DNA of 64,000 nt from an uncultured Chloroflexia bacterium (GCA_963700285.1 CAVOXA010000010.1:2048001-2112000), one strand, 5' to 3'. Shown: positions 28,640 through 39,868, counted from the first letter of the stretch. Translations and numbers: made by a program. Notes: a model not told the origin generated them from the sequence alone.

Positions 28640-30253
28640 TCAGCCCGTCAGCCAGACTGCGAGCAGGGTCAGCACCCCCACCACTCCGGTGATAATGAGG
28701 CCCGGCCCCAGGGTCTTTTTCAGTACTTGTCCCTCCTGTCCAGCCAGCCCAGCCGTGCTGCTTCCGACGATCAGCTTCGCCGGAGCCAGCATTGAACCCA
28801 GCGACCCACCCGTCGTCTGGGCCGCAAGGATCACCAGGACGTTCATCCCAAGTAGTACCGCCGCCTGCTGCTGCAGGGGAGCAAAGACGACGTTAGAGTT
28901 GGTGTTGCTGCCGGTCATAAAGGCGCCGAGTAAGCCGATATAAGGCGCCACGAAAGGATAGAGCGGCCCAGCGACGCTGCCCAATCCCACGGCCAGGACG
29001 TAGGTCATACCGCTGTTGGCCATGGCCACGGCAAAGCCGACCATGGCGGCGATGCCGATGGAAGATGGCACTGCGCTGCGAACGGTTTGCTGCACGATGC
29101 GACGGCCCACACCCGGTGAATAGTGGCCGGTGAACCAGTAGAGGGCGTAGGATACCAGTGAGACGAAGAGCAGCAGCGCCCCGGCGTGACCAAAGACACT
29201 GATTTCGCGGCCTATGCCTGCGGGCGTTGTCCAGCCATAACTGGTCTGGACCTCCGGGAACTGGATCCGGAGCTGGACCCTGTTCAGTGCATCGTGGAGC
29301 AACGGCCACATCTCTGCGGCAGCCACGACGACGATGAGGAGCAGGTAGGGGGCTAGAGCCAGTCCAAGGGACATTGCCGATTGGCCTACATTGGGCAGCT
29401 CGGACGAGGAGTCTGGATCCCCCTGTTGGCCATGGGCGGGGCTCGTCGTACTTGATGCTTGCTGATAGCGTGGTAGCCTGGCAACCAGCGCGCCAATTGC
29501 CAGCCCTGCCAGTCCCGCAGCAAAGCCGGCCAGGTTCCACAGGCCGCTTACTGCCAGTGCGGCCTGGACGCCGGCCATGGTTGCGCCCATAAGTAGCAGA
29601 GCTAACCAACCCCGTCGCAGCGACGGCCATTGCCCAAAGGTCCAGGCAGCGGCAATGCCACAGCCAAAGCAGGCCACTCCCAAAAAGAGTGCGGACCAGG
29701 GAGCCAGGAGTTCGCCCGGGATGCCCGTTGTAGCGATGAGGGCCTGAAAGGATGAGGCGATGTCGCCAAAGGTAACCGACCAAGAATGGCCGATGGCAAC
29801 TGCTGCCACGGCCACCACGGGGGAAAAACCCAGGCCGATGAGCAGTGGCGAGACCACCGCAATGGGCACGCCAAAGCCGGCTACCCCCTGAAGGAATGCG
29901 CTAAAGGCCCAAGCCAGCAGCAGCAACTGCATGGTCCGATCTGCGGTCAGCCGGGCGATGCCCCGGCCGATGACGGTGATGGCTCCGGCTTCATCCACGA
30001 CCCGGTACAGCACCAGTGCCATCCAGATGATGTACAGGACATAGAGCGTGAGCAATAGGCCGCGGAGTTGGGAGAAAAAGAGGACCTCGGGCCCGGCGCC
30101 GAAGACGAGCCAGGCGACCAGCAGGGCCACGACCCAGCCCACGGGCCCCGCCTTTTTCCCACCCCAGCGAAAGCCGACCATTAGTACCAAGACGACAGCG
30201 ATAGGAGAAAAGGCGAGCAGCCAGGTCAACAGGTTAATCGGTGGTGTTTCCAT
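28640..30253 (-). CDS. L-lactate permease family transporter
   Basis: FLQGVAGFGVP, GAFMTGSNTNSNVVFAPLQ, AAQTTGG...M.AP.K; many TM helices. Confidence 0.9.
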   Translation of the reverse strand: METPPINLLTWLLAFSPIAVVLVLMVGFRWGGKKAGPVGWVVALLVAWLVFGAGPEVLFFSQLRGLLLTLYVLYIIWMALVLYRVVDEAGAITVIGRGIARLTADRTMQLLLLAWAFSAFLQGVAGFGVPIAVVSPLLIGLGFSPVVAVAAVAIGHSWSVTFGDIASSFQALIATTGIPGELLAPWSALFLGVACFGCGIAAAWTFGQWPSLRRGWLALLLMGATMAGVQAALAVSGLWNLAGFAAGLAGLAIGALVARLPRYQQASSTTSPAHGQQGDPDSSSELPNVGQSAMSLGLALAPYLLLIVVVAAAEMWPLLHDALNRVQLRIQFPEVQTSYGWTTPAGIGREISVFGHAGALLLFVSLVSYALYWFTGHYSPGVGRRIVQQTVRSAVPSSIGIAAMVGFAVAMANSGMTYVLAVGLGSVAGPLYPFVAPYIGLLGAFMTGSNTNSNVVFAPLQQQAAVLLGMNVLVILAAQTTGGSLGSMLAPAKLIVGSSTAGLAGQEGQVLKKTLGPGLIITGVVGVLTLLAVWLTG

Positions 30254-30332
30254 AATTCTCTCTAGGTATTAGATGTTCTGGTACTGGTAGATACTGGCCA
30301 GGTAATTCCTGCGGCGCGCCACCTACCACGTT

Positions 30333-31541
30333 TCATTCATCATCCATCGAGATGGCCAGCGCCTGTGCCAGATCGGCAATGATGTCCTCTGCATCTTCGA
30401 TGCCCACACTGAGGCGTACCAGCCCGTCGCCGATGCCGATGGAGGCGCGGACCTCAGGGCTCAACTGGCGGTGTGACGAGTGGGCTGGGTACAGGGTCAG
30501 ACTGTAGACGTCTCCCAGGGTCGTGGCTGGCAGCACCAACTCTAGTGCCTCCATGAAACGGAAAACTTTTGCCTGGCCTGCATCGCGCAGGTCAAAGCTG
30601 ACCATGCCGCCAAATCCGCGGCCCTGGAATAGCCGCTCGGCCAGGGCATGCTGCGGGTGGTCAGGGAAGCCTGGATAGTTGACGTGGGCAACAGAGGGCT
30701 GTCCAACCAACCAATCGGCCACGGTTTGGGCATTCTCACAATGCTGCCGCATTCGCAGGGGCAGTGTTTTTAGACCACGCAAAGCGAGCCATGCCTCCTG
30801 CGGTCCAAGATTGGCGCCCAGCAGTTTCTGTCGCTGCCGCAGATCATGGCCGCGCTCGGCCGAGCAGGCCACCACGCCGGCCAGCACATCGCCGTGACCG
30901 CTGAGATACTTTGTGGCCGAGTGGACGGAATAGTCAACCCCATATTCCAGCGGGCGGAATAGGTAGGGACTGGCAAAACTGGCGTCCACGACGAGCGCTG
31001 CCCCAGAAGCGTGGGCAAGCTGAGTCAGAGTCGGTACGTCGGCCACCTTGATGAGGGGATTGGACATGATCTCACAGATCAAAGCCGCCGGTTTTTCTTC
31101 TGCGATGGCGCTATCCACCTGATCAAGGTCGGTGATGTCCACAAAACGGACGTGTACGCCAAATTCTGTGAGCATTTGCTCCAAAAGGGCGTAGGTGGCG
31201 CCATAGACATCGGCAGCAGCGACCACGGATGTACCGGCCCGAACTCCCGCTCCCAGCAATGCCGCGTGGACCGCGGCCATGCCCGAGGAAAAAGCAACAG
31301 CATCCTCAGCGTCCTCCAGTATGGCGATGGCTTGCTCAAAGGCGCTCACGGTGGGACTGCCGTAGCGAGGATAGACAAAGCCCTCGCGCTGGTCGCCAAA
31401 GATGCCGTCCAGGTCCTCCATGTCATCATAGGTGTAGCCCACCGAATGGTGGATGGGGGTACTCACCGGCCTGTAGTCGGGTTTAGGACCCCGCTCGCCA
31501 GCGCGGACCGCCTGTGTAAAGATGCTTTTGTGCCTAATCAT
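30333..31541 (-). CDS. PLP-dependent Cys/Met metabolism enzyme (cystathionine gamma-synthase / methionine gamma-lyase family)
   Basis: YPRYGSPT, FSSGMAA, HSATKYLSGHGD (PLP lysine), LVRLSVGIE. Confidence 0.92.
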   Translation of the reverse strand: MIRHKSIFTQAVRAGERGPKPDYRPVSTPIHHSVGYTYDDMEDLDGIFGDQREGFVYPRYGSPTVSAFEQAIAILEDAEDAVAFSSGMAAVHAALLGAGVRAGTSVVAAADVYGATYALLEQMLTEFGVHVRFVDITDLDQVDSAIAEEKPAALICEIMSNPLIKVADVPTLTQLAHASGAALVVDASFASPYLFRPLEYGVDYSVHSATKYLSGHGDVLAGVVACSAERGHDLRQRQKLLGANLGPQEAWLALRGLKTLPLRMRQHCENAQTVADWLVGQPSVAHVNYPGFPDHPQHALAERLFQGRGFGGMVSFDLRDAGQAKVFRFMEALELVLPATTLGDVYSLTLYPAHSSHRQLSPEVRASIGIGDGLVRLSVGIEDAEDIIADLAQALAISMDDE

Positions 31542-31590
31542 GTGATCGCTCCTTTCTGATTCGGGTTGCCCCTCTCACTCCGAGTATAGT

Positions 31591-33180
31591 CTATTGTCCG
31601 CAGGGATCATAGTCTTCTCCCAGGATGAGGAGCAGATCTGCCGGTTGACCGGGGTCAGCTTGGTAGATGATGTCCTCCGGTTTGAGGCCCAGGTACTGGG
31701 TCAAGAGTGCCTGGGCACTGGGCTTTTCCTGAAAGACGATGAGCCGGGTCTGCTGGTAGTTGGGATGGTCAGCCAAGCCTGTGTCGATGACATTGAGCCC
31801 CTGCCAGCGCAATTGGTCTGCGCCGATCTTGGCGAGCTGGTAGCGGTGCGTTCCGTTTCGCACCTGGATGCGCGCTGCCTCATCGGCGGCCTGGTCGGCA
31901 GTGGAAGAGGAGGGGGCGTACAGACTGGCAACGAGCTGTTGGATTTTGTCCTGGTCCGGCAGCAAGACCTTCGAGCCCGCATCGGTAACCCAATTGGTCG
32001 TCTCCCGAAAGCCAATATGGCGACTGCGCACACGCTGCGGCTTGATCTCCAGGGCCACAGGGACCAACGAGAGAACGTCGCTCAAGTTCAGATCCGTCTG
32101 AAAAGCATCCGCTAGGGCTGACCAGAGTTGCGGGATCTTGGGGATAATCTCAGGACTCTTGGTCTGAGCCCAGAGTACCCTGAGGAATTGCTGTTGGCGG
32201 CGAGCACGGTCAAAATCGGTGCCATCTCGACGAGTTCGGACGTAGCGCAAAGCCGTGTCCCCGTCCATGTGGTAGACGCCAGCTTCCAGCATCCGCTCCT
32301 CTTGATTAGGGTCATTGGGGTCCGGAGCCCTATAGCGCAGATTGACCGGACAGGCCACGGCCAACTCTACTCCTCCTAGCTCATCCACGACCCGCGTGAA
32401 GCCTTGAAAATCTACCCTTGCCCAGTGGTTTAGAGGGATGCCAAGATTGGCTTCCACTGTACGCATCAGCAAGGCAGGTCCATTCCCAGGGTAGTCGATG
32501 GTGTGTCCCCACTTGTGTGCCTGGTTGATACGGTCCCAGCCACGGGTGGGGATATAGACCCATAAATCTCTGGGGATGGACAGCATTGACACCTGCTTGG
32601 TGGCCTTGTTGACGCTTACGACTATGAGCGTGTCAGTATTCTGTGACTTTAGATTCCTGGCCGAGTCCACGCCGATGAGCAGGATGTTGACCACGTCCTC
32701 CGGAGCAGCAACTATGGCCACTGGCGTCGGGGTAAGTGCTGGGGTTGGGCTCGCTGTTGGAGTGAGGGATGCGGTTGGGCTGAGCGGCAGGGGGGTAGCC
32801 ATCGATGTTGCCGTAGCAGTAGGGAGAGCCGTCAATGTCTTGGTTGCTGCAGGTGTCGCCGCGCCAGCAGCAGGCAATGTGGCCAATGGGACCGTGGCGC
32901 GAGGTGTGGGGGTGGGAGACGAACTGGGAAACGGGCTGCTGGTTGTGCTACCCGCAGGTTGGGAGGCGAGGGTCACAGGCTCTGGGGCAGGATCGGCGCC
33001 ACAACCCAGCAGCGTGCTCGCGAGCAGCAGTAAAAAACTGACTGCGAGCAGCCATCTGCCGCGTTGGCACGCCCTACTGCATGTCTCCCGTCGCCTGTTG
33101 CCTGGTGCTTTGCCAAAACCCGGTCTCGGAAGTGTAGCAAATCGGAATATCATGTGCATCGACGTCACTTTCCAATACAA
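31591..33180 (-). CDS. LCP-family glycopolymer transferase lipoprotein with LytR C-terminal domain (start uncertain)
   Basis: NILLIGVD, TDTLIV, SIPRDLWV, ALRYVRTR..DFDRARRQQ; LLGC lipobox; Pro/Thr-rich linker. Confidence 0.9.
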   Translation of the reverse strand: MYWKVTSMHMIFRFATLPRPGFGKAPGNRRRETCSRACQRGRWLLAVSFLLLLASTLLGCGADPAPEPVTLASQPAGSTTSSPFPSSSPTPTPRATVPLATLPAAGAATPAATKTLTALPTATATSMATPLPLSPTASLTPTASPTPALTPTPVAIVAAPEDVVNILLIGVDSARNLKSQNTDTLIVVSVNKATKQVSMLSIPRDLWVYIPTRGWDRINQAHKWGHTIDYPGNGPALLMRTVEANLGIPLNHWARVDFQGFTRVVDELGGVELAVACPVNLRYRAPDPNDPNQEERMLEAGVYHMDGDTALRYVRTRRDGTDFDRARRQQQFLRVLWAQTKSPEIIPKIPQLWSALADAFQTDLNLSDVLSLVPVALEIKPQRVRSRHIGFRETTNWVTDAGSKVLLPDQDKIQQLVASLYAPSSSTADQAADEAARIQVRNGTHRYQLAKIGADQLRWQGLNVIDTGLADHPNYQQTRLIVFQEKPSAQALLTQYLGLKPEDIIYQADPGQPADLLLILGEDYDPCGQ

Positions 33181-34613
33181 AATCTGCCAAAGATGGTCTC
33201 CAAAAGGTCTTCACTGGCGGTCTGGCCCGTAATCTCACCCAGGGCATTCACAGCGGCCGTCACGTCGATGGCCAGCATGTCGGTCAACTGGCCCGCATCG
33301 TAACCTGCCCGCGCACCGTTCACATGGTCAAGGGCCTCGTTCAGTGCCTGTTTGTGCCGGGGGCTGGTAACCAATGGTGCTTCACTTGCCGGTATCTGGC
33401 CTGAAAGTACAGTCTCGACGATGGCTGCCTCCAGCTTCTCCAGCCCCTCACCCGTACGTGCTGAGATGGGAACGCAGCAGGCATCCAGGACTGCGCACTG
33501 TGGCTGGAACTCGCATCCCAGGGCTTCGGCAACAGTGCCAATGTCCGTGTTGGGGCGCCAGTTGTCCTCCAGTAGATCGATCTTGTTCAGGACGACGATT
33601 GCCGGCTTGTTGCCTACCAGAGCCGCGATGTCATGATCCGCAGGGCTTAGCGGCTGGCTGGCATCAACGACCAGCAAGGCCAGGTCAGCCTGAGCGAGAG
33701 CTACCCGGCTCCGTTCTATGCCCAAGCGCTCGACGGGATCTTGGGCCTCGGCTTTGATGCCGGCTGTGTCCACCAGTACAACGGGTATGCCCTGCAAGCT
33801 GAGCGTCTCTTCCAGCGTGTCGCGAGTCGTGCCGGGGATATCGGTGACGATGGCGCGGCCGGTACGCAACAACTGGTTCAGCAAGCTCGACTTGCCGACG
33901 TTGGGCCGGCCAGCGATGGCGGCACGTACTCCCTGCCGGTAGATGATCCCGCGATCGGCCTCGGCCACAAGACGCTGCAAGCTGGCGCTGGCGTCACTCA
34001 GGCCGGAGCCAATGTCTTGTTCTGGGATCTCGTCTTCCACGAAATCGATAGTGGCTTCCAGGTAGGCCAGGATGTCTACCAGCACGGCCCGTACCGACCG
34101 CACCCGATCCGAGAGGCGACCGCCCAACTGCCCTACCGCTGCCTGCAAGGCTACCTCAGTTCTGGCTTGTACTACATCCAGAACTGCTTCGGCCTGTGCC
34201 AGATCCAGACGGCCATTGAGAAAAGCCCGCGCGGTAAACTCTCCCGGCTCTGCCAGGCGAGCGCCCTGTTGCAGGCAGAGGGCCTGAATACGCCGCAGCG
34301 CCACAAAGCCGCCATGCCCATGGATCTCGACCACGTCCTGACGTGTGTAGGTGCGGGGGGCGGGCATATGTACGGCCAAGACCTCGTCGACTCGCGCAGC
34401 GGTACCCGGCTCTACGATGTGACCATAGTGCAGCGTGCGAGGCTGCGGGCCAGGGGCTGCATGGTGATTGTCGGACCATCGAGATCCAGAGCCGAGGACA
34501 AACACGCGGAGGAGGATCTCCACGGCTTCAGGCCCTGTCATCCGTACGATACCGATCCCCCCTTCACCCAAGGCAGTAGAGATGGCAACGATGGTGTCGT
34601 CTAGGCTAACCAT
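33165..34613 (-). CDS. mnmE: tRNA modification GTPase MnmE
   Basis: DTIVAIST..G.GGIGIVR, GEFTARAFLNGRLDL, GRPNVGKSS, PGTTRD, DTAG, C-terminal FCIGK. Confidence 0.97.
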   Translation of the reverse strand: MVSLDDTIVAISTALGEGGIGIVRMTGPEAVEILLRVFVLGSGSRWSDNHHAAPGPQPRTLHYGHIVEPGTAARVDEVLAVHMPAPRTYTRQDVVEIHGHGGFVALRRIQALCLQQGARLAEPGEFTARAFLNGRLDLAQAEAVLDVVQARTEVALQAAVGQLGGRLSDRVRSVRAVLVDILAYLEATIDFVEDEIPEQDIGSGLSDASASLQRLVAEADRGIIYRQGVRAAIAGRPNVGKSSLLNQLLRTGRAIVTDIPGTTRDTLEETLSLQGIPVVLVDTAGIKAEAQDPVERLGIERSRVALAQADLALLVVDASQPLSPADHDIAALVGNKPAIVVLNKIDLLEDNWRPNTDIGTVAEALGCEFQPQCAVLDACCVPISARTGEGLEKLEAAIVETVLSGQIPASEAPLVTSPRHKQALNEALDHVNGARAGYDAGQLTDMLAIDVTAAVNALGEITGQTASEDLLETIFGRFCIGK

Positions 34614-34629
34614 AGCTTTTCACGCGGGG

Positions 34630-35949
34630 TCAGACCAGGGGAATCGCTTGCGCATAGGGTCTGGTCAGGGCCAGGGCCAGATCATCGCCTTCCCGTATCA
34701 GGTAGGTGGGTATCCCACTGACGGCCAATTCAGTAACCAGTTCCTCGTTGCTGCGTGGGTGTCCGAAAGAATGAGGATCCAGGAGAACCGCGATGGGCTT
34801 CACCCCGCGCTGACCCATATCTCGTGCCGCAGCGATCCAGTAGTTCTGTTCCGTGGGGGTGACAACGATGACTGTCGTATTGCGCCGCAGGCGCATGCCT
34901 TCGGCGGTGATGATTTCCGCCAGAGGGATGCGGCCCTCGCCGCGGATCACGGCCAAAGTTTCCAGGATTTTGGTCAACTGCCGCTCCCCTCGGTCTGCTG
35001 GAATGACCTCGCGGTGATGGCTGTATGCGATGAATCCTACGGCGCGATCGCGGGCAATAAAGTGCTTGGCCAATGAAGCGACGATGGTCACGCCGTATTC
35101 GACGGTAGATGGTATAAGAGCGAGTTCAGGCCCGGCCTCCCAGGGAAGCCGTGGCTCGCGCTCTGCTGCCAGTCTGGCCCAGGTCAACTCGGCCTGAGCA
35201 GCGCGTTCCAGGTCAAGGATAATCCAGATATCGGCAGTCGGATCGAGTTCGAACTCTTTTGAGATCAGCCGGCCTGTGCGAGCAGTAGACGGCCAGTGTA
35301 TGCGGCTAAAGCTATCGCCTGGTGCATAATCGCGTACCCCGGAGACGTTGGTCGTGACAAAGGGTGTGCGGCGCTGCATTGTGTCCCCTCCGGGCAGAAA
35401 TCCAACCAGCGGAGCAAAGATGGGAACGTCAATTGTCGCGGGATATACGATGAATCGTCTTGCCGGCAGTTCTTCTACCTGGCGCGTCGTTCGAAAGAGG
35501 CCAAAGGGGTCCCCGCTGCTCAGGGTCAACGGGCCGAGCGTGAAACGCCCGCGTTGCAGGCAGCGGGTCTTGACCGTCCAGGTATGCATCCGTCGGGGCG
35601 CAAGGGGACTGATCACCCGACTCACATGGTGTTGGGGCAGCGTTGAACTATCGCGTACTTCTAACCACAGCTTTGGAAAGATGCCCCGGTTGCGGACCAA
35701 CAAGCGTTCTTCTGCCAGCTTTCCTACCTGGGAGCGGCCGGTTCTGGAGTATCGCTCTACCTGTACCCACCGAGTGCCGGTCCAGGCCCACAAGAAGGAA
35801 AAGACGACCACTGCCGTCAGAACATACCACAGATTGTAGAGCATCTCGCGGCCGGTGGCAATGGCCCCTACAGCCACCGCCAGCCAAAGCAGGAGCACGA
35901 TGTGATTGCGTTTCAATTTGATCCTACCTTTGGGAGTCTGTTCCGACAC
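34630..35949 (-). CDS. DUF58 domain-containing protein
   Basis: RGRFTLGP...DPFGLF; VRDYAPGDSFSRIHWPSTARTGRLISKEFE. Confidence 0.9.
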   Translation of the reverse strand: MSEQTPKGRIKLKRNHIVLLLWLAVAVGAIATGREMLYNLWYVLTAVVVFSFLWAWTGTRWVQVERYSRTGRSQVGKLAEERLLVRNRGIFPKLWLEVRDSSTLPQHHVSRVISPLAPRRMHTWTVKTRCLQRGRFTLGPLTLSSGDPFGLFRTTRQVEELPARRFIVYPATIDVPIFAPLVGFLPGGDTMQRRTPFVTTNVSGVRDYAPGDSFSRIHWPSTARTGRLISKEFELDPTADIWIILDLERAAQAELTWARLAAEREPRLPWEAGPELALIPSTVEYGVTIVASLAKHFIARDRAVGFIAYSHHREVIPADRGERQLTKILETLAVIRGEGRIPLAEIITAEGMRLRRNTTVIVVTPTEQNYWIAAARDMGQRGVKPIAVLLDPHSFGHPRSNEELVTELAVSGIPTYLIREGDDLALALTRPYAQAIPLV

Positions 35950-35985
35950 GCTGCCAACGGCCAGGACTGCAGGCTGGCGGCTGGC

Positions 35986-36033
35986 CTTGTTGGCAACAAC
36001 CCCGCTGCCAGGAGCGGGGTTGTTGCCAACAAG
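35986..36033. repeat. Perfect 21-bp inverted repeat with a 6-nt loop
   Basis: CTTGTTGGCAACAACCCCGCT-GCCAGG-AGCGGGGTTGTTGCCAACAAG. Confidence 0.85.
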
Positions 36034-36119
36034 CGTTGGGTTCGTTGCACCAGTTGAGTCTCCACAATGACTGCCTGCCTCTGCGTCAGGTCAGACCTGA
36101 GGCCAGGCCTGCCGCGTCA

Positions 36120-36909
36120 TCAGGCAGGGATGATAGTCACCTTTCTCCGCTCACCCTCGCCCACGCTGCGGGTGGTGACGGTCGGATTCTTACGGAGGGC
36201 GATGTGCACCAGCCGTCGCTCATATGCAGGCATCGGTTCCAGGGCCTGTGCGCGCCCTTCTCTCGCGACCCGTTCAGCCATGCGCTGAGCCAGGTTCTCC
36301 AAGGTCTGGCGCCTTCGTACCCGGTACTGCTCCACGTCAACGACCAAGTTGGTCCAGTGTTTCGTCTGATGGCTAATCATCAAACGGATCAGGTACTGCA
36401 ATGCCCTCAAGGTCTCGCCCCGCCGGCCAATCAGAATTCCCAGATCGTCGCCAGTAATGTTCAAGACGACGGGGGGATCTTCGCCTTCGTCGGCCAGCTC
36501 AGGAACCAGGCTTGCCTCTACGGTGGCGGACACTCCCATGCGCTCCAAGATCTCGATCAGGTACTGCTGGCCGAACCACTCCGGAGTCCCCTCAGAGACT
36601 ACTGGCCCCTGGATCTCTGGCGATTCTGCAACGAGTATGGGGGCTTCCGGTTCCTCCACCGGCGGTGAAGGCGGCAATGGTGCTGGAGCAGGTTGGGGAG
36701 GCTTGGGCCGGCTAGGCAGCTTGACCAGAAGTTGCACCCGGGCGTTTTCTGCACCAAAGCCGAGGACGCCGCGACTGCCTTCGCTCAAGATCGTCTACGT
36801 CCACCTGGTCGCGACGGACCCCCAGCATCCCCAGACCGTTGGCGATGGCATTGTCAACCGTCTTACCGTTTGCGACGACGCTTCTTCTTGCTTCGTTTGT
36901 TGCTTCCAC
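36120..36909 (-). CDS. jag: Jag/EloR RNA-binding protein (Jag_N, KH, R3H), +1 frameshift near 36795
   Basis: GKTVDNAIANGL..LG in one frame; GILIGRRGETLRALQ and LEPMPAYERRLVH in the next. Confidence 0.9.
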
Positions 36910-37769
36910 TTTGGGTTCCCTTCTGACTCGTGGCTGGCTGGGTCTGTTTGGCGGCTTCAGCCTGGGAGGGGGCAGGCTTCTGCCCAAAGGGCAGCAGGCT
37001 ACCCAGGTTGACGTCCTTCCAAAACAGCAGTCCTTCCCAGCCGGAGATAAAGCCCTGGGTGATGATGCCGATGACGTTGGAAACGATAAAGTAGAACGAG
37101 AGACCCGTGGCAAAGTTCAAACTAAAAAAGCCGAACATCAAGGGCATCATCATCGTCATGCTCTGGCCCATGCCCGCTGCCTGGCCATCACCACCGGTCG
37201 CGCCCGTTGTCGTCATCTTGGACTGGATCCAGGAGGTGAAAGCCACCAGGACGGGTAGCGCGTAGGTCAGCCCTCCCAACTGCTGGGGCGTCAGGGCCAG
37301 ATCCATTCCCAAGAAATAGCGATTCAGGGGTACCTCTGACCCACAGCGCTGCGAGAAAGGGGTAGATGTTCTTTGACAACCCCAAGAGCTGCAATGGCTG
37401 GTAGCCCAGGGCCTGGATGATGGACTGGTACAGTCCGATCCAGATGGGAAACTGGACCAACATGGGCAGGCAGCCACCCATGGGATTGACGCCAGCTTCC
37501 TTGTAGAGCTTCATCTGCTCCTGGGACATCTGCTCCCGGTCTTTGCCGTACTTTTTCTGCAACTCTTCCAGCTGGGGCTGGATCTCTTGCATTTTTTTAG
37601 CCGAACGCTGCTGGGGCAGCATCAGCGGCGTCATCAAGCCGCGGATGACGACAGTAAAGACAATGATGGCCAGCCAAAACTGAGCCCATAGCACGCTATA
37701 AAGCCCCAGCAGTGCATTGAGCATGGGCTGCAGAATGAACGTGGTCCAAATATCAGTAATACCAGCCAA
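36863..37769 (-). CDS. yidC: Membrane protein insertase YidC, +1 frameshift near 37341
   Basis: KLYKEAGVNPMGGCLPMLVQFPI; second frame FLGMDL...MMPLMFGFF..GLSFYFIVSN. Confidence 0.92.
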
Positions 37770-37851
37770 AGAATCCTCCTAGCGTCGGGCAACCCGGAGC
37801 CAGACTTGCCCAGATCGTACCCATCTCAACCAGATCGTGCCAGCGGCGAGT

Positions 37852-39022
37852 TCACTTGCTTTCTGGCGGTGTAAATGTCCATGCTCGGGCCCCATTCTCC
37901 GCTTCCAGGGCCTGGACCTGTCCGTCCATCAAGACCACGTAGACCATGTCTTCCGAGGCGACGGGCGTCGTAAGTATGTCGGACTCTGGCGTGCCGCTGG
38001 GCCAATTCCACTGCCGTACCGAATCCAGCACAGCGGTTACTTCCCCCGATTCTGCGGCGATGACGATGGATCCGCCTGCCTCGATAGGCCCGGCCCGGAT
38101 CACTGTATCCTTGCAGCGCCCGTTGTCCTCCATGACGGTGCCGCAGTAGGACCAGATTTCCGCACCATTCGCCGGGTCCAGGGCGTAGAGGTTGCCGTCG
38201 AGGGACGTAACAAAAATCTGATCGCCAAGGGCAAGTACCTCTGACCAGATCCAATTGCTCGCCTCGAAACCAAAGCCCTCCACCAGTTCTCCCGACTCGG
38301 CCTTGATGGCATAAAGCTGGCCATCAAAAGCACCGACATAGAGGATGCCTTCCTCCATGACCAAGGTTGGCGGTACGGCCATGGCTCCGCCCACCTGGCT
38401 CGTCCAGATCACCTCACCGGTTTCCGCATCGAGGCAGTAGACGTGGTGGTCCATCGCGGCTACATAGACACGCCCGTCGATGACCAAAGGTGTGGCCCAG
38501 ATAGCGTCTTGCGCCTGACAGGCCAACTCTCCCTTGTCATCGCGAGGAGGCCAGCCTGGCTTCAATTGCCTGGTGCTCTACATCGGCCGCGTATACGCAC
38601 CCATTCGACGCGCCAAAGTAGACCACGCCATCGGCATAGAAGGGGGCGGGCAAGATCAAGCTCTCAATGCCAACCTCCCACTGTTCCTGGCCTGTTTCTG
38701 GGTCAAAAGCATAAAGGGCCGCGGATTCAGTATCGGAGGTGGTGTACCCGACGAAGGCCAGACCCTCGCCCACCGTGACCGGGCTCCACCAGATTGCCCC
38801 CTTTGGTTCCGCGGCCGGTGAAAAAGTCCCCTTCACGGTACCGTTGCCGGCGTCCAGCATATAGACTTGCTGTGGCGTGCCGCTGATGGCATAGATCGTG
38901 TCATCGGCCAGCGTCAGACCGGGCCAGTTCTGTGCGACCGGCGTTCCGCCACAGCCTGAGAGAATGATGCTCAGAAGGAGCAGCGCCACTGCTGCTCCCA
39001 ACATACGACTCCGTTGAGTCAA
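37852..39022 (-). CDS. PQQ-like beta-propeller lipoprotein, +1 frameshift near 38567
   Basis: LSGC lipobox; repeated 'LYAxDxxTGxxxW' blades across ORFs 38537-39022 and 37852-38565. Confidence 0.85.
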
Positions 39023-39079
39023 ATCAACGCCTCCTTGTAGACCACATCTCGAATCCGGAATGCAAGCCGTTGTCTTTTG

Positions 39080-39289
39080 TTACGGGACGGGATCATAGCC
39101 CCCGGGATTGAAGGGCTGGCAGCGTGCCACTCGCTTCAAGGCCAGCCAGCCGCCCTTGAGCGCCCCGTACTTGCTGACGGCCTCGTAACCATAGGCGGAA
39201 CATGAGGGGGTGAAACGGCAGGAAGGAGGCAAAAGCTTGGAAAAGGTCATTTGCCACAGGCGTATCAAACCCATCAATAGATATTTCAT
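39080..39289 (-). CDS. yidD: Membrane protein insertion efficiency factor YidD
   Basis: [17 protein letters not shown]...RC.PF..GGYDPVP. Confidence 0.96.
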   Translation of the reverse strand: MKYLLMGLIRLWQMTFSKLLPPSCRFTPSCSAYGYEAVSKYGALKGGWLALKRVARCQPFNPGGYDPVP

Positions 39290-39636
39290 GCTGCCTCGCT
39301 CGCCAACCCTGCCCGACGCAACAACAGGCCGATGGCCTCATCGACCTGGTGGAAAGATGCATTTGCCATGGGATGCCGGGCAATGAAAACGACATCCCAC
39401 CCCGCAGCAAGCTCGTCCCTTTTGATCCTCACCCGCACCGACTCACGCATCCGGCGCTTGATCCGGTTCCTGTCTACCGCTTTTCCAATCCGCCGCCCAA
39501 CGACAAAACCAAAACGACTGTGGTCCAAGTCATTGGACAATACCGCCATCACCAGCAAGGACTGGGCAAAGGATCTGCCATCACGCCTGATGCGCTGAAA
39601 GTCGGCATTCGCTCGCAGACGGTACTTTCTGCGCAC
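39286..39636 (-). CDS. rnpA: Ribonuclease P protein component
   Basis: [25 protein letters not shown] (RNR motif). Confidence 0.96.
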   Translation of the reverse strand: MRRKYRLRANADFQRIRRDGRSFAQSLLVMAVLSNDLDHSRFGFVVGRRIGKAVDRNRIKRRMRESVRVRIKRDELAAGWDVVFIARHPMANASFHQVDEAIGLLLRRAGLASEAA

Positions 39637-39667
39637 CTACATAATCCGTGGTCGACGGCTGGCGACC

Positions 39668-39805
39668 TTACACGGATACTTTGTGGCGCCCCTTGAGACG
39701 CCTTGATTTGAGGACTCTGCGGCCCCCTTTGGTCGACATCCGCTCTCGAAAACCGTGCTTCCGCTTGCGGCGGCGCACCTTGGGCTGCCAAGTTCGTTTT
39801 GGCAT
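39668..39805 (-). CDS. rpmH: 50S ribosomal protein L34
   Basis: [40 protein letters not shown]. Confidence 0.97.
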   Translation of the reverse strand: MPKRTWQPKVRRRKRKHGFRERMSTKGGRRVLKSRRLKGRHKVSV

Positions 39806-39839
39806 TTTACTACCTCTCTGGTCAGATTCACAGAAGAGG

Positions 39840-39868
39840 ATTATACCCCCTTTTCGCCAGGCCTGCAA
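39840..39868 (-). promoter_or_regulatory. rpmH operon promoter
   Basis: TTGCAG-N17-TATAAT on the minus strand. Confidence 0.7.
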
